The notes beneath the pieces were generated by a model. The model saw only the letters and a list, made by a program, of their open reading frames with translations. It did no database searches and was not told the origin of the DNA. A stretch of DNA of 64,000 nt from Planctomycetaceae bacterium (GTDB lineage Bacteria > Planctomycetota > Planctomycetia > Pirellulales > UBA1268). The position numbers and the translations under genes were made by a program. The stretch covers positions 35 to 64,034 of the forward strand of contig WTHB01000147.1 of the NCBI GenBank assembly GCA_011523305.1, given 5' to 3'. Below are positions 49,631 through 59,916 of this stretch, in pieces. Position 1 is the stretch's first letter; every line of letters starts with the position of its first letter.

Positions 49631-51061
49631 TCACGATCCAGCGTTCGGATTGTCGACCCGAACGAGCAGATACGTCTTGGTCCCCTGATCAGCGAAGTGA
49701 ACCAACACCTGCGTCTCGTTCATGGTCAGATTCTGAATGCCGGTTTCGACAATTGGTGAAGTTCTGCCGCTAAAAGTCCAGGCGGCACGCTGTGAATCCT
49801 GATCAACCATCCCCTCAACGCCGGCCGTCTCGCCCGTCTTTTTGTTCTGGTATGTCCCCGCAATTACGCCATCATTGCGGATCGCCAACTGCAGGAACAT
49901 CGTCGGCGTAGCGGCTCCCTCACCTTCCTGAGCGACTGCAAAGACACCAAGCGGCAGCCAGTCATCACTGGCTGCATCGGATGCTTCTGCATTGTCGTCC
50001 GGCACGCTCAACGCCAGGTCTTCCGCCTGCTGGGCATACTCCTCAACCGGAACAGCCTCTCCGTCAGCCATGACCGACGAACCGTCGTAGTAACTGCCAC
50101 CGCCAGTGCCATAGTCGTAGTAGCGGCCTTCGCCCCAGTTCCACGGCATCAGCCGAGAGACCGTGCTAAACCCAACCCAGCTCCAGAAAATCGGGTTCTT
50201 ATCAAAGTAGTAGTGGCCCGTTTGCAGGCCAGACCAAAAGTCTTGGTGCAGATCGTTGTTGTACGCGGAATTGAGCTGCGAACGAATGCTGTCAGCCTGG
50301 GCGCCCAGGGTCTGCTGACGCGTCGTCCGGCGGTCCGATCGACCCGCCGCCAGATCGGTCCGAACATCGCCCCGGTTCTCCACGCGGACAGCCTGCCGAT
50401 CCCCCCGAGAGGAAACCCGCTGCTGTCGGTTCTCTGAGGCAAACTGCCGATTGTCCCCTCGGCTTCCTCGGGCGTCGGTTCGCACGTCGGTTCGATTCGA
50501 AATTGCATCGGACCGGGCTCCTGCCACATTTTTAGGGGCGGTCGATGCTGCTGCCGCAGCACCTCCACTCTTGTTGAGAAAATCTGACACCGCCGTTCCT
50601 GATGCGGTCTTTCCAGTTTCAATTCTGCCAGCCGCTTTTCCTGTGGCAGCGCCACCGCCAGAGGCTTTCAAAAAGTCCTGCACCTGCCCTTGCGTCGGCC
50701 GTGCGGCTGCTCGGGTACCGCCGCTCCCAGCAACCTTTCCCGCCCCGGCATTCACCTTCCCAGCAGCCGCACCTGAAAGATTCTGACCAGCCTTCCCCGA
50801 GAGATTCTTTCCGGCATTTCCGCCAGGACTTGGTCGTGAGGCAGCCGAGGGCTTCGCCGCAGGCGCGGGCCGACTCGGAGCCGGACGACTTGGCGCACTC
50901 GGTCGGGCACCACCGCCGGATGGCCGCCCCCCACCACCACTAGGCCGACCACCACCGCCCGGGCGGGCAAAACTTGTGGCTGGCAGGCAGAGGGCTCCAG
51001 CAGCCGCCAGGACACCAACGACACACCAACGCACCAGCATCTGCTTCGGGCGAGTATTCAT
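49631..51061 (-). CDS. Secreted planctomycete Gly/Arg-rich low-complexity protein ('protocadherin-like' hypothetical)
   Basis: Signal peptide, GGGGRPS repeats, R/D-rich segment, C-terminal WLPLGVFAV...LQLAIRNDGVIAGTY...QRAAW...ETGIQNLT domain. Confidence 0.75.
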   Translation of the reverse strand: MNTRPKQMLVRWCVVGVLAAAGALCLPATSFARPGGGGRPSGGGGRPSGGGARPSAPSRPAPSRPAPAAKPSAASRPSPGGNAGKNLSGKAGQNLSGAAAGKVNAGAGKVAGSGGTRAAARPTQGQVQDFLKASGGGAATGKAAGRIETGKTASGTAVSDFLNKSGGAAAAASTAPKNVAGARSDAISNRTDVRTDARGSRGDNRQFASENRQQRVSSRGDRQAVRVENRGDVRTDLAAGRSDRRTTRQQTLGAQADSIRSQLNSAYNNDLHQDFWSGLQTGHYYFDKNPIFWSWVGFSTVSRLMPWNWGEGRYYDYGTGGGSYYDGSSVMADGEAVPVEEYAQQAEDLALSVPDDNAEASDAASDDWLPLGVFAVAQEGEGAATPTMFLQLAIRNDGVIAGTYQNKKTGETAGVEGMVDQDSQRAAWTFSGRTSPIVETGIQNLTMNETQVLVHFADQGTKTYLLVRVDNPNAGS

Positions 51062-51082
51062 GGGTTTCTCTCTTTTTAAAAT

Positions 51083-52129
51083 TCAGGGTTGTGGGCCAAA
51101 AAATGTTTTCCAATCGTCCTGCATATCAACAACCGTCCAGCCATGCTCAGAAGCTGCCTCAAGGGCGGAGACTAACCTCCCACTCACCAGCGGCTGTTTA
51201 TCATAGTCATATTCTCGGGTCTCATCCGTATGGCGAACCAAGACGCCGAGTGATCGGTAGTGATTACCAATTGTCGTGTATTCCATCATCGACTGATCAC
51301 CGTCGGAGTTTCCGAAACAGGCAATCGGCCGCCGACCAAGTTGCTGATAGATCCGCACCGACTTTCCAACCTTATCGTTGACGAAGAATCCGCTTGGCTT
51401 CTTGAAGAACTCCGGCCTGCCGTCTCTGATCTCAAAAGCGACGTCTGCACTTGACCCAAGCACCCACTCCGGCTCAACACCATACACCCGCTCAGCAAAC
51501 TGCCTCATGAAGTCGACGCCCCCGCCTGACACGATGGCAACCTTAAATTGCTTCTCTCGCAGCAGCGCAAGCACCTCCTGCATGGGACGGTAGGTCAATT
51601 GTTCGTATGGCACACCGAACCGCGGGTGCCGGGCCTTGGCAAGCCAGGCTTCCACGCGGCGAGCGAACTCGTCGCTGGTCATCCCCGCATGGGTAAGCGT
51701 AAGAACTTTCACCAAACCGGCGTGTTGCTCGCCTGCAACGAGCCGTTTCAGGTCTCCCTCAATTGCTGCCTGCACCAGCGGTTCGGCGGCCAAATCGGGA
51801 TCTTCAGCGGCAAGTCGCCGAACTTCGTCCAACGTAAACGCCAACTCAAACGGCAGTGGACATTCCGGCCAGAGGGTACCGTCGTTGTCAAAAACAGCGA
51901 GCCGCTCTTGGACAGGCACGAAGGTTTCGCTTCCCTCCTGGGTCACAGCAGACACAAACGAGAGGATCGCCTCTTTCGAGGCTCCGTCATGCCATGACGC
52001 AAGTGGCTCCCCTGCCTGGAGCAGCGGCATACCGGCCGCAAGAACACACACCAGCCCACAGGCAAGACGGCAACTGCGCTGCGAACGAACAGCTCTGCAA
52101 AATAACCGCACCCAGCCTCTCCCCAACAT
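51083..52129 (-). CDS. Exported HAD-superfamily hydrolase (sulfatase-associated type)
   Basis: LASWHDG, VFDNDGTLW, IVSGGG, FGNSDGD; ATG 52129 follows the sulfatase stop. Confidence 0.88.
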   Translation of the reverse strand: MLGRGWVRLFCRAVRSQRSCRLACGLVCVLAAGMPLLQAGEPLASWHDGASKEAILSFVSAVTQEGSETFVPVQERLAVFDNDGTLWPECPLPFELAFTLDEVRRLAAEDPDLAAEPLVQAAIEGDLKRLVAGEQHAGLVKVLTLTHAGMTSDEFARRVEAWLAKARHPRFGVPYEQLTYRPMQEVLALLREKQFKVAIVSGGGVDFMRQFAERVYGVEPEWVLGSSADVAFEIRDGRPEFFKKPSGFFVNDKVGKSVRIYQQLGRRPIACFGNSDGDQSMMEYTTIGNHYRSLGVLVRHTDETREYDYDKQPLVSGRLVSALEAASEHGWTVVDMQDDWKTFFGPQP

Positions 52130-52130
52130 C

Positions 52131-54629
52131 CTACTGTCTCCCAAACATCGCCCGCACTGCGTCCTCTGGCCGGACCAGCCGGCCCTTGCCCGCGTCACCC
52201 TCGGCGATTGAGAGTTGCACACCCTTGATTTCGCCATTGAAGTGATTGCCAACCGGTCCATAGTCAGGCGACACCGGAGCACCTGAGTCTTCTCCAACGT
52301 CCAGGCCATCGTCAGCTGAATAGATGTTTGAGAGCGTCGCCTTCAACTCCCCCTGGCCGACAGGGTTCGCGTCGACGCTGAGCGTCACCGTTCCACCCTT
52401 GCCAAGACCATCACCCGCATATGCAAAATCCATCTGTACTTGATGTTCTCCGGGTGCAAGTTTTTCAGCCGAGGTCACAAAGGTGTTGCCAAACCCGCCG
52501 TAGTTGTAGCAATACTTCAGGTTGCCCTCATGCATGTAGAGCGACCAGCCACCAATGTTGGCACCCTGGCAGATGATGACGCCCTCTCCCCCCTGCTCAG
52601 GCACAACAATATTTGCCGTCACCGAGTGCGACTTGTTCTTGATACTCAGCACACAGTTTTCAAGCAGCCGCCCCATCCCCGGAAACAGCAATTGCGTTGT
52701 CCCCTGCACCAAGACTGGACGGCCTGCCGTGTCAGGATTCAGCTTTTCAAACACTCGGTCATCAAGCGGCAACACCTTGTAGCGGGCCGCCTCGATGAGG
52801 AACAACTGCTGAAGTTCGTGAAGCTTCTCCGGCATTTCCACAGCCAGGTTCTCCGCCTGCGTCCAGTCGGTGTCTGCGTACAACTCCCAAACATCATCCT
52901 CAAACGCCGGGAGTTTTTGGGTTGGCGGGGCCCACGGCGTGCGATGCTTCGTGACGGCAGTCCAACCATTGTGGTAAATCCCGCGATTACAGATGATCTC
53001 AAAATACTGGGTCGCATGACGCTCCTTGGCCCGTGGGTCATCAAACGAATACCGCATGCTGACGCCTTCGATCGGGTCCTGCTGAACCCCGTTGACGAAC
53101 CGGGGTTCCGGCAGATTAGCAGCATCGAGCACGGTCGGCGCGACGTCAATGACGTGACAAAACTGCGACCGGACCTCACCCTTGGCCGAAATGCCCTTGG
53201 GCCAATGCACCACGGTTCCGTTACGGGTACCGCCCCAATGCGATGCCACCTGCTTTGTCCATTGATAGGGCGTGTTCATGGCACAGGCCCAGCCCACCGC
53301 ATAGTGATTGTACGAGTCCGGGCCTCCTAAGTCGTCCATCCGCTCCGTCAGATACGCTTGCGTTTCAAGGTCCTGAATGCCATTGAAATAACTCATCTCG
53401 TTGAAACAGCCATTCAGTCCGCCCTCGGCTGACGCGCCATTGTCACCAACGATGTAGTAGATGAGCGTGTTGTCCAGAATCTGGAGTTTGTCCAGGGTAT
53501 CGACAATCCGGCCGACGTGATGGTCGGCATGTTCAACGAACCCGGCATAGACCTCCATCTCCCGCGCCAGCACCGGCTTGAATTGCTCGGGAATGTCCTG
53601 CCAGCGGGGCACCTCGTCATTCGCCGCGGTCAGCACGCAGTCTTTGGGCACAACACCCAGTTGCTTTTGCCTAGCAAAAATCTCCTCCCGAATTGCATCA
53701 TACCCTTCGTCAAACTTTCCAGCGTACTTGTCAGCCCATTCCTTTGGTGCGTGGTGTGGAGCATGGGCTGCCCCCGGAGCGAAGTACATGAAAAAGGGTT
53801 TGTCGGGTGCCAGTGACTTCTGCTGGCCTATCCACTTGATCGCCTTGGAGGCCATGTCTTCCATGAAGTGGTAGCCCTGCTCCGGTGTCTTCTTGTTTTC
53901 GACCGGCGTGGTGCCCTCGTAGAGCGTGGGGTACCACTGGTTGGCCTCGCCACCAATGAATCCATAGAAATACTCAAAGCCACCGCCCCCTGTTGGCCAG
54001 GCGTCAAAAGGCCCCACGGGGCTGGCCTGCCAGACGGGAACCTCATGGCATTTCCCAAACTGGGATGTGCAGTAGCCGTTGAGCTTAAGTGTTAGAGCAA
54101 GCGGTGCCATCGAGTTTGGCAACACCGAACTGTAACCAGGAGCACCCGTGGCGAGTTCTGTAATCGCCGCCATGCCCGCTGAGTGATGATTGCGGCCAGT
54201 CAGCAACGCCTGTCGTGTCGGTGAGCACAACGCCGTCGTGTGGAATCGATTGTATTTCAACCCTCCCTGCGCCAGTCGCTCAAGCGTCGGCGTCTGACAT
54301 GGCCCACCAAAGGCACTTGTTGCTCCAAAGCCAACGTCGTCAAGGAGCACAATCAGCACATTGGGAGCATCCGCTGGTGGGCGCACCTGCGGAATTGGTG
54401 GAAAGGTCGCGTCGGGGCTTTTCGCATCATAGACAACCAGATCCGGCCGCACGGTATTGGGTAGTGGCAGCACGGAGCGATCCGGACCATCTGTCTCCGC
54501 AGCAGTCACACCAGCAACTACAACCGCGAGCAGGAGCCCCCCAATGGCACTGACCGCCACTGTCCGCCGTCGCCGCACAACGCTTGCCTGCGCACCCGCT
54601 CCATGCCTTCCTGAACTCAGTGAAATCAT
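52131..54629 (-). CDS. Arylsulfatase (Cys-type FGly sulfatase) with C-terminal LamG-like domain
   Basis: PNVLIVLLDDVG, LCSPTRQALLTGRNHH, FGKCH, GDNGASAEG; start approximately 54629. Confidence 0.92.
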   Translation of the reverse strand: MISLSSGRHGAGAQASVVRRRRTVAVSAIGGLLLAVVVAGVTAAETDGPDRSVLPLPNTVRPDLVVYDAKSPDATFPPIPQVRPPADAPNVLIVLLDDVGFGATSAFGGPCQTPTLERLAQGGLKYNRFHTTALCSPTRQALLTGRNHHSAGMAAITELATGAPGYSSVLPNSMAPLALTLKLNGYCTSQFGKCHEVPVWQASPVGPFDAWPTGGGGFEYFYGFIGGEANQWYPTLYEGTTPVENKKTPEQGYHFMEDMASKAIKWIGQQKSLAPDKPFFMYFAPGAAHAPHHAPKEWADKYAGKFDEGYDAIREEIFARQKQLGVVPKDCVLTAANDEVPRWQDIPEQFKPVLAREMEVYAGFVEHADHHVGRIVDTLDKLQILDNTLIYYIVGDNGASAEGGLNGCFNEMSYFNGIQDLETQAYLTERMDDLGGPDSYNHYAVGWACAMNTPYQWTKQVASHWGGTRNGTVVHWPKGISAKGEVRSQFCHVIDVAPTVLDAANLPEPRFVNGVQQDPIEGVSMRYSFDDPRAKERHATQYFEIICNRGIYHNGWTAVTKHRTPWAPPTQKLPAFEDDVWELYADTDWTQAENLAVEMPEKLHELQQLFLIEAARYKVLPLDDRVFEKLNPDTAGRPVLVQGTTQLLFPGMGRLLENCVLSIKNKSHSVTANIVVPEQGGEGVIICQGANIGGWSLYMHEGNLKYCYNYGGFGNTFVTSAEKLAPGEHQVQMDFAYAGDGLGKGGTVTLSVDANPVGQGELKATLSNIYSADDGLDVGEDSGAPVSPDYGPVGNHFNGEIKGVQLSIAEGDAGKGRLVRPEDAVRAMFGRQ

Positions 54630-54865
54630 TTTTTTCTCCGCGGTCTCTGCTACCAATTGCCACAACCAACACCACCGGAACCGGGCCCGACGCACACATC
54701 CGGCCAGCATCACTTGACTTAGGTTTAACACGGCAAGAACGGGCCGCCATGCAAATTGCGCAGGCTACCCATGAAAAAATCTCGCGAGGGGCGTGCTTAA
54801 CCTTGCGACCAGCACGCTGCCCCCCAAGGCGGGGCACCACGACCGACCCTGGCAGACATCTCTTT

Positions 54866-56296
54866 TCACCGTGGCTGGGAAGCTGCCCGGAGGCGGCTGA
54901 GCCGAATCACGGGCACCACAAGATCCGCACTGCCCTTCGGCAGGTGGATGCGCAACTTTCCATTGGCACGCTCACTCATTAGCGACTCCGTTGTGCCGAG
55001 CAGAACCGCATCACCCCACTCTTTCGGTGCATCGTCAATAGCGAGAACGCCGTCCTCTGGCCGCTGAATCACACAGAGATAGCATGCATCGCCGTCCCGG
55101 CGTTCGGTCACCCGCCCCCACTCAGGGCTCGGAAGCTGACTCACCGTTGCCCCGTGGATCGCCTCGCCATTGACCGCCATCCATGCACCGATCGCCTGGA
55201 GCCGCTCAACGCTTTCAGCAGGTACTGTCCCATCCCCGGTCGGCCCAATGTTCAGCAGATAGTTCCCTCCCTTACTGACGATCTCCACCAGTTTGTGAAG
55301 AAGCGTCTCGGTCGACTTCCAAGCATCGTCGTGCTCGCTATAGCCCCAGGTCGTGTTCATCGTCATGCAGGTTTCCCAGTCGATGCCAGGCATGCCTTCG
55401 TCGGGAACATGCTGCTCGGGTGTAATGAAGTCACCGTAGGTCGGGTCGAGTTGCATCGTAAATCCATCGGTTCCCATCCCCTTCCAGCCAGCCTCAGCCG
55501 AGCGGAATAATCGGTTATTCATGATCACCTGAGGCTGATCCTGCCGGACTTTTTCCATCAATGCGAACGCCCGCCAGGCCTCATCACCCTGAAAATCAGT
55601 CGCGCTGTAGTCCCACCACAGCACATCGACCGGGCCATAGCCACTCATCAACTCCTTCACCTGATCATGCAGGAAGGCAACGTATGTGGCGTGATCACGC
55701 TCACCGTTGGGATAGGGCTTCTCCCGCAGCGGGTGCGGAAGAATTTTTGACTTCGCATAGGCATACTGGTCATGGTGCCAGTCAATGACTGAGTGATAGA
55801 AGCCAACCCGCAGGCCCTCGGCTCGGCAAGCCTCAACAATTTCTTTGACCAGGTCTCTGTCAAGAATCGAGCCTGCATCAAAGTCACTGACTGCTGAGTC
55901 ATGGAGTGCAAACCCGTCGTGGTGCTTGGTCGTGAAGACCAGATACTCGCAGCCAGCCTGCTTCGCCAGTTTCGCCCAGGCCGTCGCGAAGCCGGCTTTT
56001 GGCTTGAACAGCGGAATCGCTCGCTCGGCATAGGTGTCTGTGTCAGCCTTCACACGATTCTGAATCCACTCCATCCCCCCGCGCTTGGCCACCGGCTTTC
56101 CGTCCCAGGTCCCCGCGAGCCCAGAATAAAGCCCCCAGTGCACAAACATGCCGAAACGGGCCTCTCGCCACCACTGCATCCTTTCTTCCCGTGCCTCCGC
56201 ACCAGGAGGATCTGCCGCTTGCACAGCTGACCGGGAGAAACCAGGGAAGAGCAAAAGAAAACAGAGAAAGAACCACGAGCGGTAGCAGATCAACAT
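54866..56296 (-). CDS. Alpha-L-fucosidase (GH29)
   Basis: WWREARFGMFVHWG, TTKHHDGF, nucleophile region LWWDY, WETCMT, GGNYLLNIGP; signal peptide. Confidence 0.93.
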   Translation of the reverse strand: MLICYRSWFFLCFLLLFPGFSRSAVQAADPPGAEAREERMQWWREARFGMFVHWGLYSGLAGTWDGKPVAKRGGMEWIQNRVKADTDTYAERAIPLFKPKAGFATAWAKLAKQAGCEYLVFTTKHHDGFALHDSAVSDFDAGSILDRDLVKEIVEACRAEGLRVGFYHSVIDWHHDQYAYAKSKILPHPLREKPYPNGERDHATYVAFLHDQVKELMSGYGPVDVLWWDYSATDFQGDEAWRAFALMEKVRQDQPQVIMNNRLFRSAEAGWKGMGTDGFTMQLDPTYGDFITPEQHVPDEGMPGIDWETCMTMNTTWGYSEHDDAWKSTETLLHKLVEIVSKGGNYLLNIGPTGDGTVPAESVERLQAIGAWMAVNGEAIHGATVSQLPSPEWGRVTERRDGDACYLCVIQRPEDGVLAIDDAPKEWGDAVLLGTTESLMSERANGKLRIHLPKGSADLVVPVIRLSRLRAASQPR

Positions 56297-56421
56297 CGAT
56301 ATCTCCCCAGGCTAATTGAACCACCTCGAACCGATGACACATGACACGAACAAAATCGACTCCGTGTTTGTGGAAGGAGCATGCGCGAGTCGATGTATCA
56401 TATACGATGGTCTCACCCCAG

Positions 56422-56438
56422 TGTCCAAAAATTGGACA
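56422..56438. promoter_or_regulatory. Palindromic candidate operator upstream of the GH29 gene
   Basis: TGTCCAA-AAA-TTGGACA perfect inverted repeat in an AT-rich intergenic segment. Confidence 0.45.
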
Positions 56439-56522
56439 TTGACAACCTCGCACTGGTTCGACGCTCGACAGCATCTGAGAGCATGGCCCTGGTACATCCC
56501 TCCCCGTTCTAGGCTTGTCAGC

Positions 56523-57938
56523 TCAACTCCCAACCCCAGTGCGATACTTCGAAAACACTGGGCCTGTCGGTTTTGCTGGCAGACTCGCCTGCCAGGCTTG
56601 CAGCATCGTCTTCAATGCCGTCACCTGCTCAGGTAGGCGTGAAGCGAGGTTGGTCTTTTCCAAAGGATCCTCCTCAAGGTTATACAGCTCCACAAAACTC
56701 AGATCCTTATTGGCCACCAGTTTCCAATGATCATCAACCACCGCCCAGGCAGCCCAGTGGAAGGGCTTGTTCTTGGGAGCTGGCCACGGTGAATCTGCTT
56801 TCCAGAACAGTGGTCGCTCTCGCCGTGGCGCGGGTGTCCCCTGCAGGGCACGCACCTGGCTCACACCATCAGCGGTATAGCCTTCGGGCAACGCCGCCCC
56901 GGCCACCTCACAAAAGGTTGGCAGCAGATCAACTGCCGAGATCAGCGTCGCGTCATCAACACCTCCGGCAGCCACCTTGCCAGGCCAGCGAACGATAAAC
57001 GGCACCCCGATGCCCCCTTCAAACAGGGCGGCCTTATAGCCCTTGCGACCGCCGGTAATACCTTTTGACGCGGCAAGCCCAAAGCCAGCTCCCGTTGCTG
57101 TGTCATACGACAGCTCCAGTTTTGCTGGTCCTGCCGCCCGGGCCGGACCATTGTCCGAACTGAAGACAACCAGCGTGTTTTCCGTCAGCCCGAGCCGGTC
57201 AAGGGTATCGAGCACCTGGCCGATTCGTTCATCGGCGTGGGCCAGTGTCGCCGCATAGATCTCATCTTCCTCGCTGAGTCCCGAATCGCGGAACCACCAG
57301 CGGTACTTGGGAATCACATGAAACGGTGTGTGCGGCTCATGGATCCAGAGATTGACAAAAAAGGGCTTCCCCGCAGTGACAGCCTGCTCGATAAACGCGA
57401 TCGTCCGCCCCGCATCGTCATGCACAGGCATCTGCTCACCGGCGCAGTTGAAGGCTCCGCAGTCGTCATAGCCATAGTCACCCGGCAGCGGCGAATCGGG
57501 AATCATGTCGTTGGCCAGATGCCACTTGCCGTAGTGGGCCGTTGCGTAGCCCGCCTGCTGCAGCATCCTCGGCAGGGTGGGAGCCCGTAGATCGAGCCAG
57601 TCGGGCATATTCCGCTTGGCATTCTGATCAACCCAGGCAAAGTGGCCGTCAATGTTCCAGCGGGCTGGGAACTGCCCCGTCATCACCGCGGTACGACTGG
57701 GCGAACAGACGCCGCTGGCGACCGTGAACCGGTGGAAGTCCGTCCCCTCGCGAGCGAGCCGATCGATGTTCGGCGTTCGCACATAGGGATGACCGTGGCA
57801 ACTGAGGTCTCCCCAGCCCCAATCGTCCGCGAAGATGAACAGAATGTTCGGCTGCTCGGCAGCCACGACAGGCCTTGCTCCCACAAGACAGCACAGCACC
57901 AAGATTCCCCATACGAACGCCTGCACTCCGCATCGCAT
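56523..57938 (-). CDS. Secreted carbohydrate sulfatase (Cys-type, family S1)
   Basis: PNILFIFADDWG, VCSPSRTAVMTG, YGKWHL, SSDNG, EGGIGVP. Confidence 0.92.
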   Translation of the reverse strand: MRCGVQAFVWGILVLCCLVGARPVVAAEQPNILFIFADDWGWGDLSCHGHPYVRTPNIDRLAREGTDFHRFTVASGVCSPSRTAVMTGQFPARWNIDGHFAWVDQNAKRNMPDWLDLRAPTLPRMLQQAGYATAHYGKWHLANDMIPDSPLPGDYGYDDCGAFNCAGEQMPVHDDAGRTIAFIEQAVTAGKPFFVNLWIHEPHTPFHVIPKYRWWFRDSGLSEEDEIYAATLAHADERIGQVLDTLDRLGLTENTLVVFSSDNGPARAAGPAKLELSYDTATGAGFGLAASKGITGGRKGYKAALFEGGIGVPFIVRWPGKVAAGGVDDATLISAVDLLPTFCEVAGAALPEGYTADGVSQVRALQGTPAPRRERPLFWKADSPWPAPKNKPFHWAAWAVVDDHWKLVANKDLSFVELYNLEEDPLEKTNLASRLPEQVTALKTMLQAWQASLPAKPTGPVFSKYRTGVGS

Positions 57939-58015
57939 CACAGCACCCTCCAAACCATTCTGTTCCGCCCGCTTCTATCGCGAGCCCAAAGTGGCCACCC
58001 CGGCCACCCTTGTGA

Positions 58016-59851
58016 TCAGTCAACAAGCCTGATTGCCTGCACGTACGTCTGGCCTTCTTCCGACCCCAGGGGCAGCGTTGCTTTGCCCTGCACATCGACG
58101 AGGGTCACCTGGAACGTCGCGATCTTGGCCCATTGAAGTGTCTTTCCCTCCGGCCCCTGGAAATCTTCCCGCCGAATAATTACCTCCTGCGGGCCGTTTC
58201 CCGACACCTGCTTCGTCAGGGCAAAGCCTTCCTGACTGTCTGCCGGAGCAAGGAACTTGCTGTCGGTTCGCAGCCGCAACACCAGCGACTTTCCGTGAGA
58301 GTCAATCGTGAAGACCAGCTTGCGGTTATCTCCCCGATCGAGGCTTGGGTCCTGAAATTTATAGGTCGTCAGGGTACGGCCATCACGGGTGCTCCAGTCG
58401 GCTGCTCCATTCGCAAAGTCTTCGAAGAGGTCACTGTCGATCACAAGTTTCGTGAGCGAACTGCGCCTGACCGTTTCCGGCAGCCAGACCTGCTCAACCG
58501 AGTTCAGCACAAACGTTGCTGTCTCGCCCCGCTCAAGCTGCCGAGACTCATCGAGGCGATACCGGCACAGTGCGAAGACATAAAGCGGCAGGTCAGCATG
58601 AACCGGCAACTCAACAGACCAGGTGCCACCTGCTCGGATTGCATCCGCCCGCTTCCAGAACCGCGTCCGGGCGTTGGAGTCATAGCTGTAGTAGACCTCG
58701 GTCGCCTGCAACCGCTCAGACTGGGCGGGCGTCACTGCAAATGTTGCGTGACGTCCATCAACCGTGAACGCCGACGGCGGCGTGACTGGAATCTGCTGAT
58801 TGATCCCCTTCAGGTACTGGTCGAACCAGAGATTGAGCAGCACCCACTGCTCAGGCCCGGGGCCGTGGTTGTGGTGAATGTTGGTGGTCACCCGCCAGTT
58901 ACTGTGCGGCAGTAGCGCCATCGAGCGATAAATTCGATCGAACGCAGAATGAAAATCATTGGATGAACTGATGAAACAGACCGGGCACTTCACCAGCGGC
59001 CAATAGCCAACCGGATCAACCATCGCCTTATACAGCTCAAGTTCCTCGGGCTGAAAATGCACACGGAGGCTGCTCCGTTCAACCCCAGGAAAGTCGACGT
59101 ATTTAAAACCTGTGCCACCAACGAACGGCACAACCGCCTTCAGCCGTGAATCGATCGCCGTCAGGGCCGTGATCATGCCTCCCATCGAAAACCCCGAAAA
59201 GCCGATCCGCTCGGCATCCACCTCAGGCTGTTGCTCCAAAAACGTAATGGCCCGTCGCGCGGCGACCGTGAGCAAAAACCAGTTGCTGTTGCGGGGGCTG
59301 ACAACAGGATCGAGCGTATAGGCATCCGGCCGCAGGCCCCGCTTCCAGCCCTTCCGCAAGGCCTTGGCGTAAAACCGAGGTCCCTGGGTTGGATCGACCT
59401 TGCCCCAGTCGGTATTGATCTCAATGCCTTCCTCAAGCGGCCGCCCCAGCCAATTGATATCAACGGTCGCGTAACCCTGCTTCGCAAAATAGATGCCACG
59501 ACTCCGCTCGGCCCGCTGCCCTCCCCCATGACTCCAGACAAAGGCGGGCCGTTTCCCACCGGCATCCGGGAAGGAATAGTATGCCGCGATCCGCGACTCA
59601 GCCCCTTTGAAGGTGCCAACGGTAAAGGTGACATAGCGTGTCGTCACGCCGTCAGTCTGCCACTCTTTGACCACCTTCACATCAAGTGGCTCGCGCCGGG
59701 CGTCATAGCCTTCCCATAACTCGGCCACGGACTTCGGCACGTCGCCCGGACCGTAGGGTACAAACGTGTCAGCCGCAGAGCCGACTGCCTGACTTCCCCA
59801 CAGGCAGAGTGCAGCAAAAACCGCAACTCCTGCGTCACGATACTTCTTCAT
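58016..59851 (-). CDS. Secreted alpha/beta-hydrolase (acetyl esterase/dienelactone hydrolase-like)
   Basis: HGGG oxyanion loop, GFSMGG nucleophile elbow, SSNDFH, HNH; signal peptide from 59851. Confidence 0.82.
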   Translation of the reverse strand: MKKYRDAGVAVFAALCLWGSQAVGSAADTFVPYGPGDVPKSVAELWEGYDARREPLDVKVVKEWQTDGVTTRYVTFTVGTFKGAESRIAAYYSFPDAGGKRPAFVWSHGGGQRAERSRGIYFAKQGYATVDINWLGRPLEEGIEINTDWGKVDPTQGPRFYAKALRKGWKRGLRPDAYTLDPVVSPRNSNWFLLTVAARRAITFLEQQPEVDAERIGFSGFSMGGMITALTAIDSRLKAVVPFVGGTGFKYVDFPGVERSSLRVHFQPEELELYKAMVDPVGYWPLVKCPVCFISSSNDFHSAFDRIYRSMALLPHSNWRVTTNIHHNHGPGPEQWVLLNLWFDQYLKGINQQIPVTPPSAFTVDGRHATFAVTPAQSERLQATEVYYSYDSNARTRFWKRADAIRAGGTWSVELPVHADLPLYVFALCRYRLDESRQLERGETATFVLNSVEQVWLPETVRRSSLTKLVIDSDLFEDFANGAADWSTRDGRTLTTYKFQDPSLDRGDNRKLVFTIDSHGKSLVLRLRTDSKFLAPADSQEGFALTKQVSGNGPQEVIIRREDFQGPEGKTLQWAKIATFQVTLVDVQGKATLPLGSEEGQTYVQAIRLVD

Positions 59852-59916
59852 GGGCGTTCTCTTCTCCACACCAAAACCTACCAACGTTTCCGACCAGCGG
59901 CATTATGACAGGCAAC

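Noticed and set aside
52131-52309. Apparent 179-bp overlap of HAD and arylsulfatase ORFs
   Set aside because: An in-frame ATG at 52129 followed by a signal-like segment removes the overlap
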